From Mobula birostris (Eukaryota): a DNA stretch of 64,000 nucleotides. Shown here piece by piece: positions 37,700-50,140 of this stretch. The stretch's first letter is position 1; every line of letters begins with the position of its first letter. The stretch lies in the NCBI RefSeq assembly GCF_030028105.1, contig NC_092379.1:1847164-1911163 (forward strand), given 5' to 3'. The position numbers and the translations under genes were made by a program. The notes under the pieces are model-generated. The model was not told the origin of the DNA and searched no databases. It worked only from the letters and a program-made list of their open reading frames with translations.

Positions 37700-39898
37700 A
37701 ATAAAAGGACATATCTGTAAAAGTAATAATTTAACTTTTAAATATACGGCAATGTATTAGGTGTTTTTTTTAAAAAATATTTTTGTGTTTCAACATAAGT
37801 GCATGGTGTTATGGGGTGCCTTGGAACTGACTGGCTGCGAGAGATTTTAACTGCTTCAAACAGGAACCAGTATTTGCCTCTACATTTCTGGTGCGGTCAG
37901 GAACGAGATGAATGAATCAGGGTGTATTCCCCTATTGGCTCCCGGAGGTGGCAATTTTAATTCAGAAAGTGCATCTTGAAATGTTGGTGTGGATGTCAAT
38001 TCCCAACTGAGAATTTAATCCCCTGTCTACCAAACAGCATTATAATTAGAGACCACAAGTCGTACTGTTAACCTCAGGGTCCATAGCACGACTAAGCAGG
38101 AGAGACTGAGCTAGAGAGCAAAAATAAAAGTGAGGAGAGGATAACCAACTATCAAATACAAAGGAGAAAGAGTCATTTTTATAAGGTAGAACTTGAAGAG
38201 CAAACTCCCTCTAAGTTTAGTTTTAAGGGTATAATTACAGGTCACGGCTGAGTGAAGACAGGGGTGGTGTGGCTCTGGACTTGCGTGCAGCAGAGGGGTG
38301 CGACAGACGCAGACACTGACATGCACCATCTACAAACACACGGTCTTGGTTGGTGGAAGAGGAGCTGGGGGGGGCGTGGGGGGTGAGGTGTGGGAAGCAG
38401 CAACAAGCAGCCTGCTCACCACCACGATAACTGGCAGCAATACTCTGGGTAGATGGTGGGTGGGTGAGGTGGTGCAGAACAAGAAAGGCCTTTTACACTT
38501 TCACACCCGTCGCATGCAGACGTTGGGCCGGGCCAGGCCAGTGAGCTGTGTGAGTGGGCTGGGGTTCGGGGCTCAGAGCCCGATGAGTTCGCAGGGAAGA
38601 TTCCGTCACTGCAGAAACTATCGGGTCACAGTAAGAGTGAGCCCACAACTCACTAAGCACTTAAAGAGACAGCATTTCTTCCGTCACTGCATAAAAAGAC
38701 CACTCTAAAGAAAGCGAATCGCTACTCCATGAAGAAGCCAACAGCCAACATTGATCTTGGCTTCTCAGTCTCCAAGCATTTTACGGCCTTTTGCCATGGT
38801 AAGGATTTTAATTGCATCTGAGGTTAAATAAACACACTTTCAAACAAACTGATTGGAAAGATTTCTACAAGAGGCTGTATTGTCCTCGCAGTTTGCAATA
38901 TAGAAATAGAATGTTTAGGATTGATTCTGGCCGGCCAGTATCAATGTCCCACCTCTTGTCCTTCATATATTATCTCCTTAGTTTCATGGCTTTCCTTTTT
39001 GATACTTCGTCATGCCCAATATTCTCTCTGCTCTGTGTAAAATAATGTTCTCCTCAGTCAGTCATTCATTTTATTTTAGAGCCCCCAAAATGTTTTTATG
39101 GCCCTTAAATGGACAGTGGAAGAACTGGAAGCCATCTTGGTTGCATTTCCTTGGACAACACTTTGATTAACAAAACTTAAAACCAATTATTGAACCACTT
39201 CTACTACCACCATTTCTCCCTCTACTGCCCCATCTGGGACCGGGGTGGGGGAGCGGCACAAAACACAGGTTATCCGCTGCTGTATTTCATCTTTCATTGG
39301 CTTTATGAACCGATTACAACCAGCCAGGCCATTCATAAACACTGATGGAATCGAACAAAGAGAAGATTGATAAGGAAAAGGCAAGAGTTTGTGAATTAGA
39401 TTAACACAAAGTTAAAATGGGGGGGGTGGTGGTAGAGGCAGGTACGGTACGTTAAGGGCATTTAAGGGACTCACATGGATGATAGAAAAGTGGAAGGATA
39501 TGTGTGAGGGAAGGGTCTGATTTATCTTCGAGTAGGTTAAAAGGTCTGCACAACATCTTAGGCTGAAAGGCCTGCACTGTGCTATAATGTTCTATGTTCT
39601 ATCCCATCAACCGGTTGCCACAAACAAATTGTTGGAGAAATTCAGCAGCTGAGCAACAAGTGAGGGAGGAAAGGAATTGATGCTTGACCCAAACAGCTGA
39701 CAATCCCTCCACCTCCCCCCCCCAACAACACTGCTAGGCCCACTGAATTCCACCTGCAGATTGTCTGCTGCTCCAGACGCCAACATTGAGTCTCCCTCGT
39801 GCCGCCATCAATCAGTTCACGTTTACTGTGATTCCTTGTCATTCACTCATTCACTCCTTATTTGGCACTCAGCATCTCTGAGTGGAGATAGGGAGCAG

Positions 39899-40166
39899 NN
39901 NNNNNNNNNNNNNNNNNNNNNNNNNNNNNNNNNNNNNNNNNNNNNNNNNNNNNNNNNNNNNNNNNNNNNNNNNNNNNNNNNNNNNNNNNNNNNNNNNNNN
40001 NNNNNNNNNNNNNNNNNNNNNNNNNNNNNNNNNNNNNNNNNNNNNNNNNNNNNNNNNNNNNNNNNNNNNNNNNNNNNNNNNNNNNNNNNNNNNNNNNNNN
40101 NNNNNNNNNNNNNNNNNNNNNNNNNNNNNNNNNNNNNNNNNNNNNNNNNNNNNNNNNNNNNNNNNN
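39899..40166. other. Assembly gap (N run)
   Basis: Run of N. Confidence 1.
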
Positions 40167-40268
40167 TAACGGGAGGAATGCATGATTTAAGATCCAGGAG
40201 AGAAGAACGCAGTGGGCTAGACGAGGAGAATGTTTGATTTTATCCTGAGAATTACTATGAGCTAGAAT

Positions 40269-40417
40269 AAGAAATTCTGCAGATGCTGGAAATCCTGATT
40301 AGCACACACAAATGTTGGAGGATCTCAGCAGGTCAGGCAGCAGCTATGGAAAAGAGCAAACAGTCAATGTTTCGGTCCTGATGCCGCCTGACCTGCTGAG
40401 TTCCTCCAGCATTTCGT
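40269..40417. mobile_element. Miniature Penelope-derived inverted insertion
   Basis: Minus tail followed by an inverted tail piece; perfect 11-bp TSD tgagctagaat at 40258-40268 and 40418-40428. Confidence 0.8.
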
Positions 40418-40719
40418 TGAGCTAGAATGTTCTGCCTGGAGACATAGTAAAAGCAAATTTGGTTGTGACTGCTTTCGGACGGAATGGGATAAGTGCATGG
40501 CTACAGGGATAATCAGATGGTGACTGTTTTCAAGGGCCAGTGTAGGAACAATGGACAAAAACAAATTTCTTCAGGCACAACATGGTTTTAACCAGATTTA
40601 ACAGGATCACAGGACAGTAAAGCCTCAGTTATTGAAATATAATATATAAACGACTTTGTTTGGGAGCTGAAAAATAAAAGGAGCATCCAACTTCCTCCGA
40701 AATGATTCAAATTGACTGT

Positions 40720-40725
40720 TTTATT
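40720..40725 (-). terminator. Candidate SNAP25-like polyadenylation signal (AATAAA on minus)
   Basis: tttatt on +, about 1 kb downstream of the stop, at the end of a repeat-free 3' UTR-like stretch. Confidence 0.5.
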
Positions 40726-41722
40726 TGCAATTTGAAACTGGCAGGTGTGGAGTTTAGTAAGAAATTACATTAACCCAGTGCTGTTCATTTAACTGGTCTA
40801 TGACCAGTTGTGCTTTTTAAATTCTTGTAACTTTCTGGTGATCCAAAATACTTAACCCCTGATAAATGGAAGGGGAGGAGGGGAAATAGGATAATGTATC
40901 GAACTAACGTTGTTTCTGAACTGAGAGCGGGTTTTTGTTTCCTTTTTGATTTGCTAGTGGCATCAGTATTCCAAGCCGAAACGGGCACTTTCTTTCTCAT
41001 TTCAATCCCACGGTGCGTCCCTTTAAAGTGAACAAGTTCTGATCAACACCCATCTGATCCCAGCTCCGACTCCCATCTCACACTGAACGGGAATCCTGAG
41101 TTTGGCCTCGCAGGATGAACAAGTGACTGATGGTGGGCCATAAACATCGGAGAAATTATAACCAGCGAAGTCGCAGCGACTGACAGGCAGGAATACCGGG
41201 AGGAGTGCAGACGCCGGCTCCCAGCTCTGGCAAGCCGCACGGCGAACTGAGCTGCCCCCATTACAAACTGTGCTCTTTTGTCAAACCTTCAGACGCCGGG
41301 ATTTCTGTAGCAGCCCGATCTGAGGGCTTTCCCTTACTGTGCTGGGATGACATTTTAAACGAGGGAAAAGAGGATTTGCTGTAACGAGGATCAGCTGCGC
41401 ACATCGAGCTTGACTCATGCTCACGTTATCGCGAGGTTACAGGTTAATTCATTCATAAAAAGAACCAATCAGCACGGAGATTAAAAACTAAATTTTACAC
41501 TTGGTTCACTCTGGGCAAGCAGTTACACAGATTGACACAAAAATATACACCTTACACACTGGAACATTTTGCTACACAGAGAAATTGTGAAATCAAACCA
41601 AATGTACAGAGATGTTGAACCTATCACTGCACAGGGACTTGCCCCTCCTCGGCCATGTAGATGCTGCGATGGTGATGGGGTGGCTATCTCTGGCAGAAGA
41701 GAGGGTTCTCCTTTGAAGCACT

Positions 41723-41782
41723 TCACAGCATCTTGGTGGCATGCTTGTTGGCCTCGTCGATGCGTGCTTTGTTCATATCGCC
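41723..41782 (-). CDS. SNAP25: SNAP25-family last coding exon (GDMNKARIDEANKHATKML*)
   Basis: ctgtctctcccgcag acceptor; phase 0; end of the second (Qc) SNARE motif; TGA at 41725-41723. Confidence 0.95.
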   Translation of the reverse strand, partial: GDMNKARIDEANKHATKML

Positions 41783-42246
41783 CTGCGGGAGAGACAGAGC
41801 AAAGTATAGTTTGCATTCTGCATGAGTGGAGTGGCTAGTGGTAGAATTTGTGCAAACGTGAAAACAAATGTACGTGTGCAAGTGCGGATATGTGTGTGCG
41901 TCTGTAAATATTTGTGAGTGTGTGTGTCTATATGTATGTGTGTGAATGTGTCTGTGTGTGCGTGTTTATGTGAGCGTGTGATGGTAAATTAATTGATTGT
42001 TGTGACAGTGCAATGTTATGACGAGGTAGATTGTGAGGTCCGGGGACCACCTGATCCTACAAGGGGGTCACTCAGTCATCTTAGAACAGTGGGATAGAAG
42101 TTATCCTTCAGGGGTTCTGTACCTTCTACCCAATGGAGAGGGGGCAGGAGGAGAAGAGAGAATGTTTGGGTGTTTGGGGTCCTTGACTATTGCTGGCTGC
42201 TTTACTGAGGCAGTACAAGGTGTGGACAGATGTATTACAAAAGTAC

Positions 42247-43208
42247 TGTCATGGTCCGGTCCGTGGACTCAGGACTCCGGGTCTTCCAGCTGTCCCACGT
42301 TTGGTTGAGTTAATCATAGACACCTGATTCCCATCTTGGGGCTTGGAATATAAGTGGCCTTGGGGTCGAGTGTGAGCTGCTGGTTTGTCTTGTCAAGATC
42401 CCCTGGGAGCAACCTGCTGGTAGAGCGGCCACTTGCTATCTTTAGGCCGCATTGGTGTACCATTGCCTCATGGAGCTTTGCAGTCAGTAGTCGGAGCGGA
42501 CTTTGCGGTATGGATTCGGCCGTTTCCTGGGCCAGCTGAGTGGCCATCAGCCACTCTGAGCTAGGTAGGGATCCGGCTGATTCCGTTGTTCTTCGGTGTT
42601 TGTCCCTTCTTGTCCTTGCCTCTGTGGGGTAAGTCAGGCCATTCTGCTGTTGCCTTGCATGGGAACCTGTCTTGTCTTTGCCTCTGTTGGGTAAATCTGG
42701 CTGTTCTGCTGTTACCTGATGGATGGTCCTGTCCCACCTTGGTGTGGAGATAAAGTTGAGTCCCAGTTTGTCCAAGTATAAATCCTGGCTCTATGTCTAT
42801 GTACTGTCCAGTCTTGTGTTAGTGAAGTGTTAAAGGTGAGCCCTGGCTTTTTGAAGGATAAGTCCCGGCTCTATGCTAGCCCGTCTCCAAGCTCCAGCCT
42901 CGAGACCCCAGCCTCCAGTCCTGTAGTCATGTCATGTCTTTGCCTGGTTCTGGGGCCCGAGCCAGAGGCAAGACCCAGGTTCTGGGTCCTTGTCCAGTCT
43001 CTGGCTCGGAGCCCAAGCCCAGGCTCCTAGATCATAGTTCCTTGTCTGGTTTCCCTGTTTCTTGTCCATGTCCTAGCACAAGTCTATGTTCTTGTCCCTG
43101 CTCCTTGTCTGTATCCTGTCACATCCCTACTCTAGTCAAGTCCTGTTCCTTGTACTTCAGTATCTGTGTCTTGCATTTGGTTCCGCTCCCAACACCCCCA
43201 GTGTGACA
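42247..43208. mobile_element. Solo LTR (962 bp) in the last SNAP25-like intron
   Basis: TGTCA...TGACA termini; perfect 5-bp TSD AGTAC (42242-42246 and 43209-43213); short internal direct repeats. Confidence 0.88.
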
Positions 43209-44037
43209 AGTACATATATATCACTGTATACAGCCATGAGATTATAGGATAATAACCATAACAATCAATGAAAGACCCTACCCGGGCATTCAACCAGAGT
43301 GCAGAAGACAGCAAACTGTGCAACTACAACAAGAAATAAATCATAAGAAATAAGCACTAAAGAACATGAGATGAAGAGTCATTGAAAGTGAGTGCAGAGA
43401 TTATGGGAGCAGTTCATTGGTGGGGTGAGTGAAATTTTCCTCTCAGGTTCAGGAGCCAGATAGTTGAGGGGTAATAACTGTTCCTGAACCTGCTAGTGTG
43501 GGGCTTCTATAACTTCATCCTGATGACAGCAATGAGAATTACATCCTTGTTGTTTGTATATTCTAGCCCTCTTGAAATGAATGGCTGTGTTAAGTAGACT
43601 GGGCAGCATTTTATCCTCAAAGGGTTGAGATGTGAGCAAATGGGTTTAATGAAGGTGCAGGAAACTGTAGATCAAACGTCGGTGAGTGGGAATGGGGCGG
43701 GCGGGCAACATCAGGGAACCAGGCGGGCGACGTCGGGGAACGGGGCGGGTGGGAAATTAAAGGTGAACGTGGACGTGCAGGCTGGAAAGGTTCGTTTCTC
43801 ATCTGGGGTGAAGATGTTTCCAAAAGATGAAATTCAAACTATAAGTACGGTTGTCATCAATAAATCAATACATTTATCCGGAGAGCATTGTAAAGGAGAA
43901 GATACAGGAGACTGCAGATGCTGGAATCTGGAGCAATAAACATTGTGCTGGAGGAACCCAGCAGGTCTGCGGGGGAGAGGAATTGTCAACATTTCTACCA
44001 GTCATCTGTCCACCACCCCCCACACCCACCCTGACTC

Positions 44038-44125
44038 CTATCTATATATTATCTGTCTGTCTATATATTATCTGTCTTTCTATCTACCAATCTCTCTCTA
44101 TCTATCTATCTATCCATCTATCTAT
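44038..44125. repeat. Imperfect (TATC/TGTC)n microsatellite
   Basis: Directly visible. Confidence 0.9.
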
Positions 44126-44600
44126 TTTGTGAACGCACGTTGTCTAATTACAACAACGTGATCAATTATCCGCCTTTGGAGTGTGGGAGGAAACTGCAGT
44201 ACCCAGAAAAAAACGCACAGTCGTGGACAGAGCATTCAAAGTTCTACTAATGTAAGAATTGAACTTGGGTCGCTGGGTGTTACGGTAATTGCGATACTTT
44301 TATTCTGCACTCCATTTCTGCTTTTCCCTTGTACTACCTCGATATACTGATGTTATGAAATAATCTGTACAGATTGCAAGTAAATCTAATTTTCCTACTG
44401 TACTTTTGGTATAATTGATAGTAAACCAATCACCAATGGGCAGTATGAATGTGATGGGCTGAAGGGCCTGCTTCCAGGCTGCATGTATCTATGACATTAT
44501 TAGATCTTTGACCTGTGTTCTCTCTTACTCCTTGCCAAACAGCAGTGTTTTTCACTTTGTCCTTCAGCCAGAACTTTCAAGAATCCAACCGATCTCTTAC

Positions 44601-44745
44601 CTTGACCACAATCCTGTCAATCTGGGCGTTCTGGGAGCCAATCTCATTGCTCATGTCAAGTGCCATGTGTCGTAGGTTGCCTATGATGCTGCCCACCTGA
44701 TCCAGGTTCTCCTCCATCTCGTTTTCCCGAGCGTCATCTGTGACT
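44601..44745 (-). CDS. SNAP25: SNAP25-family exon 7 equivalent ([48 protein letters not shown])
   Basis: gattttag acceptor and AAG|gtaaga donor; 145 nt as in vertebrate SNAP25; zero-layer Gln retained. Confidence 0.97.
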
Positions 44746-44759
44746 CTAAAATCAAGCCA

Positions 44760-45860
44760 AGAGATGAGTTAAGCCAAATGTGAGGTGTTGCTTTCAGGGA
44801 CAAATGTAAAGAGTGCACGGTTAAGGCAAGACCCGAAACAGTATTGATGAGCAGACTGATCTTGGAGTCCAAATTCATCGCTCCCTGAAAGAGTCAACAC
44901 AAGTTGATAGGCCTGTTGAGAAGGCAAATGGAATGGTTGCTTTTATTAGGCAGAGAAGAGTTCAAAAGTCAGGAAGTTACATTACAGATTTATAAAACTC
45001 CAGCTAGGCTGCATTTGGAGTATAGCTTGATTATAGGAAGGATGCCAAGGTTTTGGAGAGAGTGCAGAAGAGGTTTACCGGATGCTGCCTGAATTAGTGG
45101 ACACGTGATTTAATGAGAGATTGAACAAATTTGGGCTGTTTTAAATGGATGCCCCTCTATTTTGAGGCTGTGCCCTCTTGTCCTAGACTCTCCCACCATG
45201 GGAAACATCCTTTCCAAATCTACTCTGTCTAGGGCTTTCAAATTTGAAAGGTTTCAATGAGATCCCCTCGTCCTTCTGAATTCCAGCAAGTATAGACCAA
45301 CATTGTGCATTTTCCAACATTGTGTTTCATTTGCCATTTTCTTGCCCAGTCTCCTAATCTGCCTAAATCCTTCAGCAGCCTACCTGTTTCCTCAACACTA
45401 CCTACCAATCTTCGTATCATCTGTAAACTTCGTATCATCAATCTTCGTATCATCTGTAAACTTGGCCATCACCTATTCATCATCTAAATGATTTATACAC
45501 AGCATAAAAAGAAGTGGTCCCAACACTGACCCCTGTGGAACACCACTGGTCACTGGCAGCCAACCAGAAAAGGATCCTTTTATTCCTGCTCGCTGCCTCC
45601 TACCAATCAGCCAATGCTCTAACCATGCCAGTGACATCTTCACTCTGAGGGTCATGAGAGTGTGGAAAGAGCTTCCAGCAGAAGTGATAGATGTGGGCCT
45701 GATTTCAACGTTTAAGAGAAGTCTGGAAAAGTACATTGGCAGTTGTATAGACAGCTATGGTCCAGGTGCTGGTCGATGGGACTAGGCAGAATAATGGACT
45801 GGCACCAACTAGATGGGCTGAAGGGTTTGTTTCTGTGCCACAGTATTCCACGACTCCATG
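44760..45860. mobile_element. CR1 fragment (+) interrupted by a younger CR1 fragment (-, about 45140-45635)
   Basis: Minus [14 protein letters not shown] and KWQMK.NVGKC; plus RLHLEY. Confidence 0.8.
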
Positions 45861-47542
45861 ATTCTATAAGAGGCTGATGGAGACCTGAGGAACACAAAAT
45901 TCTGAGGGGCTGAGATGAAGTAGGAAACTTTCCCAGTTGCAGTGATATCTGATAATCGTAGAGTAACGGCATACAGAGGAAGTGGAGAGATCGCTATTTA
46001 ATCCAGTGCATCACTGCAGTCTGTAGTGTACGGCATGCTAAGAAGTGGGAGTGTATTATTAAACTCTGGCTAGCAAAGACCGTAAGATATAGGAGCAAAA
46101 TTAGGCCATTTGGCCCATCAAGTCTGCTTCATAATTCCAACATGGCTGATTTATTATCCCTCTTAACCCCATTCTCCTACCTTGATCCCATAACCTTTGA
46201 TGCCCTTAATAATCAAGAACCTATCATCCTCCACTTTAAATATACCCAGTGACTTGGCCTCCATCACTGCCTGTGGTGACGAATTCCACAGAATCACCAC
46301 CCTCTGGCTAAAGAAGTTCCTCCTCATCTCTGTTTTGAGCCACAGCCGAACCTCTTGTCCATGTCCGCATGCTTTTATACATTGAATTGCTGCCACATGA
46401 TTGGCTGATTGGATATTTGCATTAATGACCAGGTGTACCTAACAAAGTGGCCACTGAGTGTCATTTTAGGGTCTGTTGGTCAAGGTGGGACATGTAATAG
46501 AACTTCTACAATTATAAAGAGTTATATAAAAATAAAGTTAGAGGTTTAATTAGGGATATGGAATACAATGTAAAGAGTATTACAAACAGCATTTTAAAGT
46601 GTGATGTCCGGGTAATAGTTAGCAAAGTAATGTCAAAAGGCTCACTGACTGAACGCACATTCCTGACCTGAATCACGACCAAGACAAATTGGCACAAAAG
46701 CATAAAAAGGTGCAGGGAGTGGTAGGCATATGTGTATACACCACGGGCACAACCCTCCCCACCGTTGGTAGTATCTACAGGGGGTGCTGCCTCAGGAAGG
46801 CAACAAGATGCCCACAGCCCGGGCCGTGCCATCTTCTCGCAGCTCCCATCGGGCAGGAGCTACAGAAGCCTTAAGTCCCACACCACCAGGTTCAGGAACA
46901 GCGACTTCCCTTCAGCCGTTCTGGGATTAAAAGGTCTTTCACATGAGGAGTGTTTGATGGCTTTGGGCCTGTACTCACTGGAATTCAGAAGAGTGAGGGC
47001 AGATCTCATTGAAGCCTATTGAATGGTGAAGAGGATGTGGAGAGGGTGTTTCCCATGGTGGGGTAGTCTGTGACCAGAGGGCACGGCTTCAGAATAGAGG
47101 GACACCCATTTAGAACGAGATGAAGAAGAAGTTCTTTAGCCAGAGACTGGTGCATCTGTGGAATTCCTGTGGAGGCCAAGTCATTGTGTATACTTAAGGC
47201 AGAGGTTGATAGATTCTTGATTAGTCAGGGCATGTAGGGATACGGGGAGAAGGCAGGAGTTTGGGGCTGAGAGGAAGATTGGATCAGCCATGATGAAATG
47301 GTAGAGCTGACTCGATGGGCCAAATGGCCAATTTCTGCTCCTATATCTGATGGTTTTCTGTTCCTGAATGAACCTTTGCAACTCTAATCACCATCTCCTG
47401 TAGCAACATGTGACTGCCTCACACAACATTTTAATTGTAATATTTCTTGTAAAGATTGTGTACAATTTCTGCTTTCCTTGTGAATCCTCAATCCAATGGC
47501 AAGTAGGGACGTCAGAACTTCCCAAGACAAAAAGCATCTTAC

Positions 47543-47677
47543 CTGCGGATGTATCCACCACTCATGGCCATCTGCTCCCGGTCGTCCATCACTCGAGCTG
47601 GCTGGCTGGCCACCACACCGTCCTGGTTATTCCCCCACACCTTCTTGTAGGCTCCTCCAGCCTCAAAGTTCTTCAAC
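47543..47677 (-). CDS. SNAP25: SNAP25-family exon 6 equivalent, linker ([44 protein letters not shown])
   Basis: tttttcctccttcaag acceptor and CAG|gtaaga donor; 135 nt, phase 2/2; [16 protein letters not shown] signature. Confidence 0.97.
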
Positions 47678-49181
47678 CTTGAAGGAGGAAAAATGTACAA
47701 GGAGTTTGGTTGTTTCAAATAATCCCCACGAGGTAAAGCCAGCACCTTCCTGCTTACAGGCTGTGCCCCAAGACCACTTAATCACTTATGGCACAACAGT
47801 TACCATTATCTGGTTGAATACATTTTTTATATTAAGGAATGTTTTCCAAGAAGTTTCACTTGATGACCATCCAATAAGATTTCAGTGTAAGAAGCTGAAA
47901 ATAGACATCCAATGGCTTGAATAACCAACCGAGAGCATGCAGACATGCCAGCAAACCCAGTCTCATTGACACTCTACTGCAAGCAACGTGCAATCAAACT
48001 GTTTCACCAAATATGCACACCCATTCAAAAAGGTATTTATAAAAAATGCTCTTTTATAAAACTGTGTTGGGTGGGTACCTGTTTTTTCTTTCCCCATTCA
48101 ATTTTCCCTCCTTCTCTCTGTAGGGCGTTCTCTATCTGTTGGCATTTAGGTGATCAGGAGAACTAATTCGGTACTGATTTGAAATAAAGGCTGTGCAGAC
48201 TGACAGTGCAAGACAGTTGGGTAACTGCATTGTCCTCAGGCCTCTTACTGAGTTGCTTTACGTGCCTGAGTCTGGACTGAAGCACAAAATCACCATGTAG
48301 CTATCCTCCATTCACTGTTTCTGACTGAGAACTTCGATTGGCCATTTGCACTATTGTTCCTAAGTCAAGTTTTCCTCCCTCTGCCTCTCGAAAGGACCGT
48401 TTTCCCCGAGAGAAGTGGCATTGTCATCAGCCCATTGCTGTGAATAGTTCCTGATGCTCTTTATTGAGAAAAGCTTTAATTTACACCGATATTTCAAAAT
48501 CGCCCGAATGACGAACAACTCTCTACCACTGATTTACTTATAAGACCATAAGATCCTACAGGAGCAGATTTAGGCCATTTGGCCCATCGAGACTGCTCTG
48601 CCATTTTATCATGGCTGATCCACTTTTCTATCAGCCCCAATATCCTGTCTTCTCCCCGTATCCCTTCATGCCCTGACTAATCAAAAATCTATCAACCTCT
48701 GCCTTAAATATACATAAAGAACTGACCTCCAGAGCTGCCTATGGCAACAGATTCCACAGATTCATCACTCTCCTCATCTCTTGTTATTGTGCTCCACTAC
48801 TTTGCTATACTGTGGTGTCACCATTCACTGTGTTACTGGGTTTCTCTATACTACACAGTAAACGTGCTCGATAGGTCAAGCCGCACATCTCTGGGATGTG
48901 AGTGAAAACCAGAATAGCCTGAAGGGTCTCCTTTGGTCGAAGAGAGAATGTGTAAACTTCATACAACAGGAGGTCAGGGTCAAACTTGAAACTTGGTAGA
49001 TGTGAGAAGTTGCCTCCTGTACTGCTCACCAGTTTGCATCAGGACTGGCTCGGTACACTGAGTCACCTACAGACAGAAACCGTACACCTCTGAAAAGATG
49101 CTGCAAGCTCTTTCTACTACAGCCTTCTGTATGGACTATCACCTACTCACTGTCTGTCAACAAGCTGAGGAGTACCATGGC

Positions 49182-49392
49182 AATGGTGTGTAAACCCCTG
49201 GGGAACTGTGTATGACACCCTGGGAAATAGTGTGTGAAACCCTGGGGAATGGTGTGTATGACACCCTGGGGAATAGTGTGCAAAACCCTGGGGAACTGTG
49301 TATGGCACCCTGGGGAATGGTGTGTAAACCCTGGGGATCTGTGTATGACACCCTGGGGAATAGTGTGTAAGCCCCTGGGGAACTGTGTATGA
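49182..49392. repeat. 22-24-bp minisatellite, about 9 copies
   Basis: Alternating ccctggggaactgtgtatgaca and ccctggggaatagtgtgtaaa type units. Confidence 0.93.
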
Positions 49393-49699
49393 TTGAACCT
49401 CTGTTCCTATGTAATATGTGGCCAATGTAGTACTCTAGACCACAGGGCCATGCTGAGCAGGAATTGGAATTGGTTTGTGATTGTCATGTGTACGTTGCAG
49501 GCAAATCATTATGGTCAAGATGGTAAAAATGCAGAGTGTGGTACAGCAGCTAGAGAAAGCGCAGTCCAGTCAAACAAGGTAACATTCAGGACCACGGTGA
49601 GTTAGCAAATGAGAGGTCAGATAACGCTGGGATGGAAATTGTCCAAGTCGGGTTGAAGGTGCTTCTAAATTACACAGAAAAAGTATATAGCCAGTTCTC

Positions 49700-50140
49700 A
49701 TACAGTCATAAAAACTACAGCACAGAAGCAAGCCTTTCGGCCCATGTAATCCATGCCTAAACCTTTTAAACTGCCTATTTCCATCGGCCAGCACCAGGAC
49801 CATAGCCCTCCATACACCTCCCATCCGTGTACCTATCCAGACTTCTCTTAAACACTGAAATCGAGTTTACATGCACCTGTGCTGGCAGCTCATTTCCACA
49901 TTCTCACGACCCTCTGAGTGAAGAAGTTTCCATTCATGTCCCCTTAAACTTCTCACCTTTCACCCTTAACCCATGACCCCTGGTTGTAGTCCCACCCAAC
50001 CTCAGTGGAAAAAGCCTGCCTGCCTGCCCTATCTTTACCCCTCATGATTTTGTATACCTCTATCAAATCTCCCCTCAATCATCTACGCTCCAAGGAATAA
50101 AGTCCTAGCCTATTGTACCTTTCCTTATAACTCAGGTCAT
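49700..50140 (-). mobile_element. CR1 LINE 3' fragment
   Basis: Reverse CR1 3' UTR and ORF2 end; a related copy at about 51143-51710 is nested in a hAT MITE. Confidence 0.85.

Noticed and set aside
18200-40000. MKKS expected next to SNAP25 from human synteny
   Set aside because: No ~1-kb chaperonin-like exon or MKKS motif seen, and the gaps are too small to hide it.
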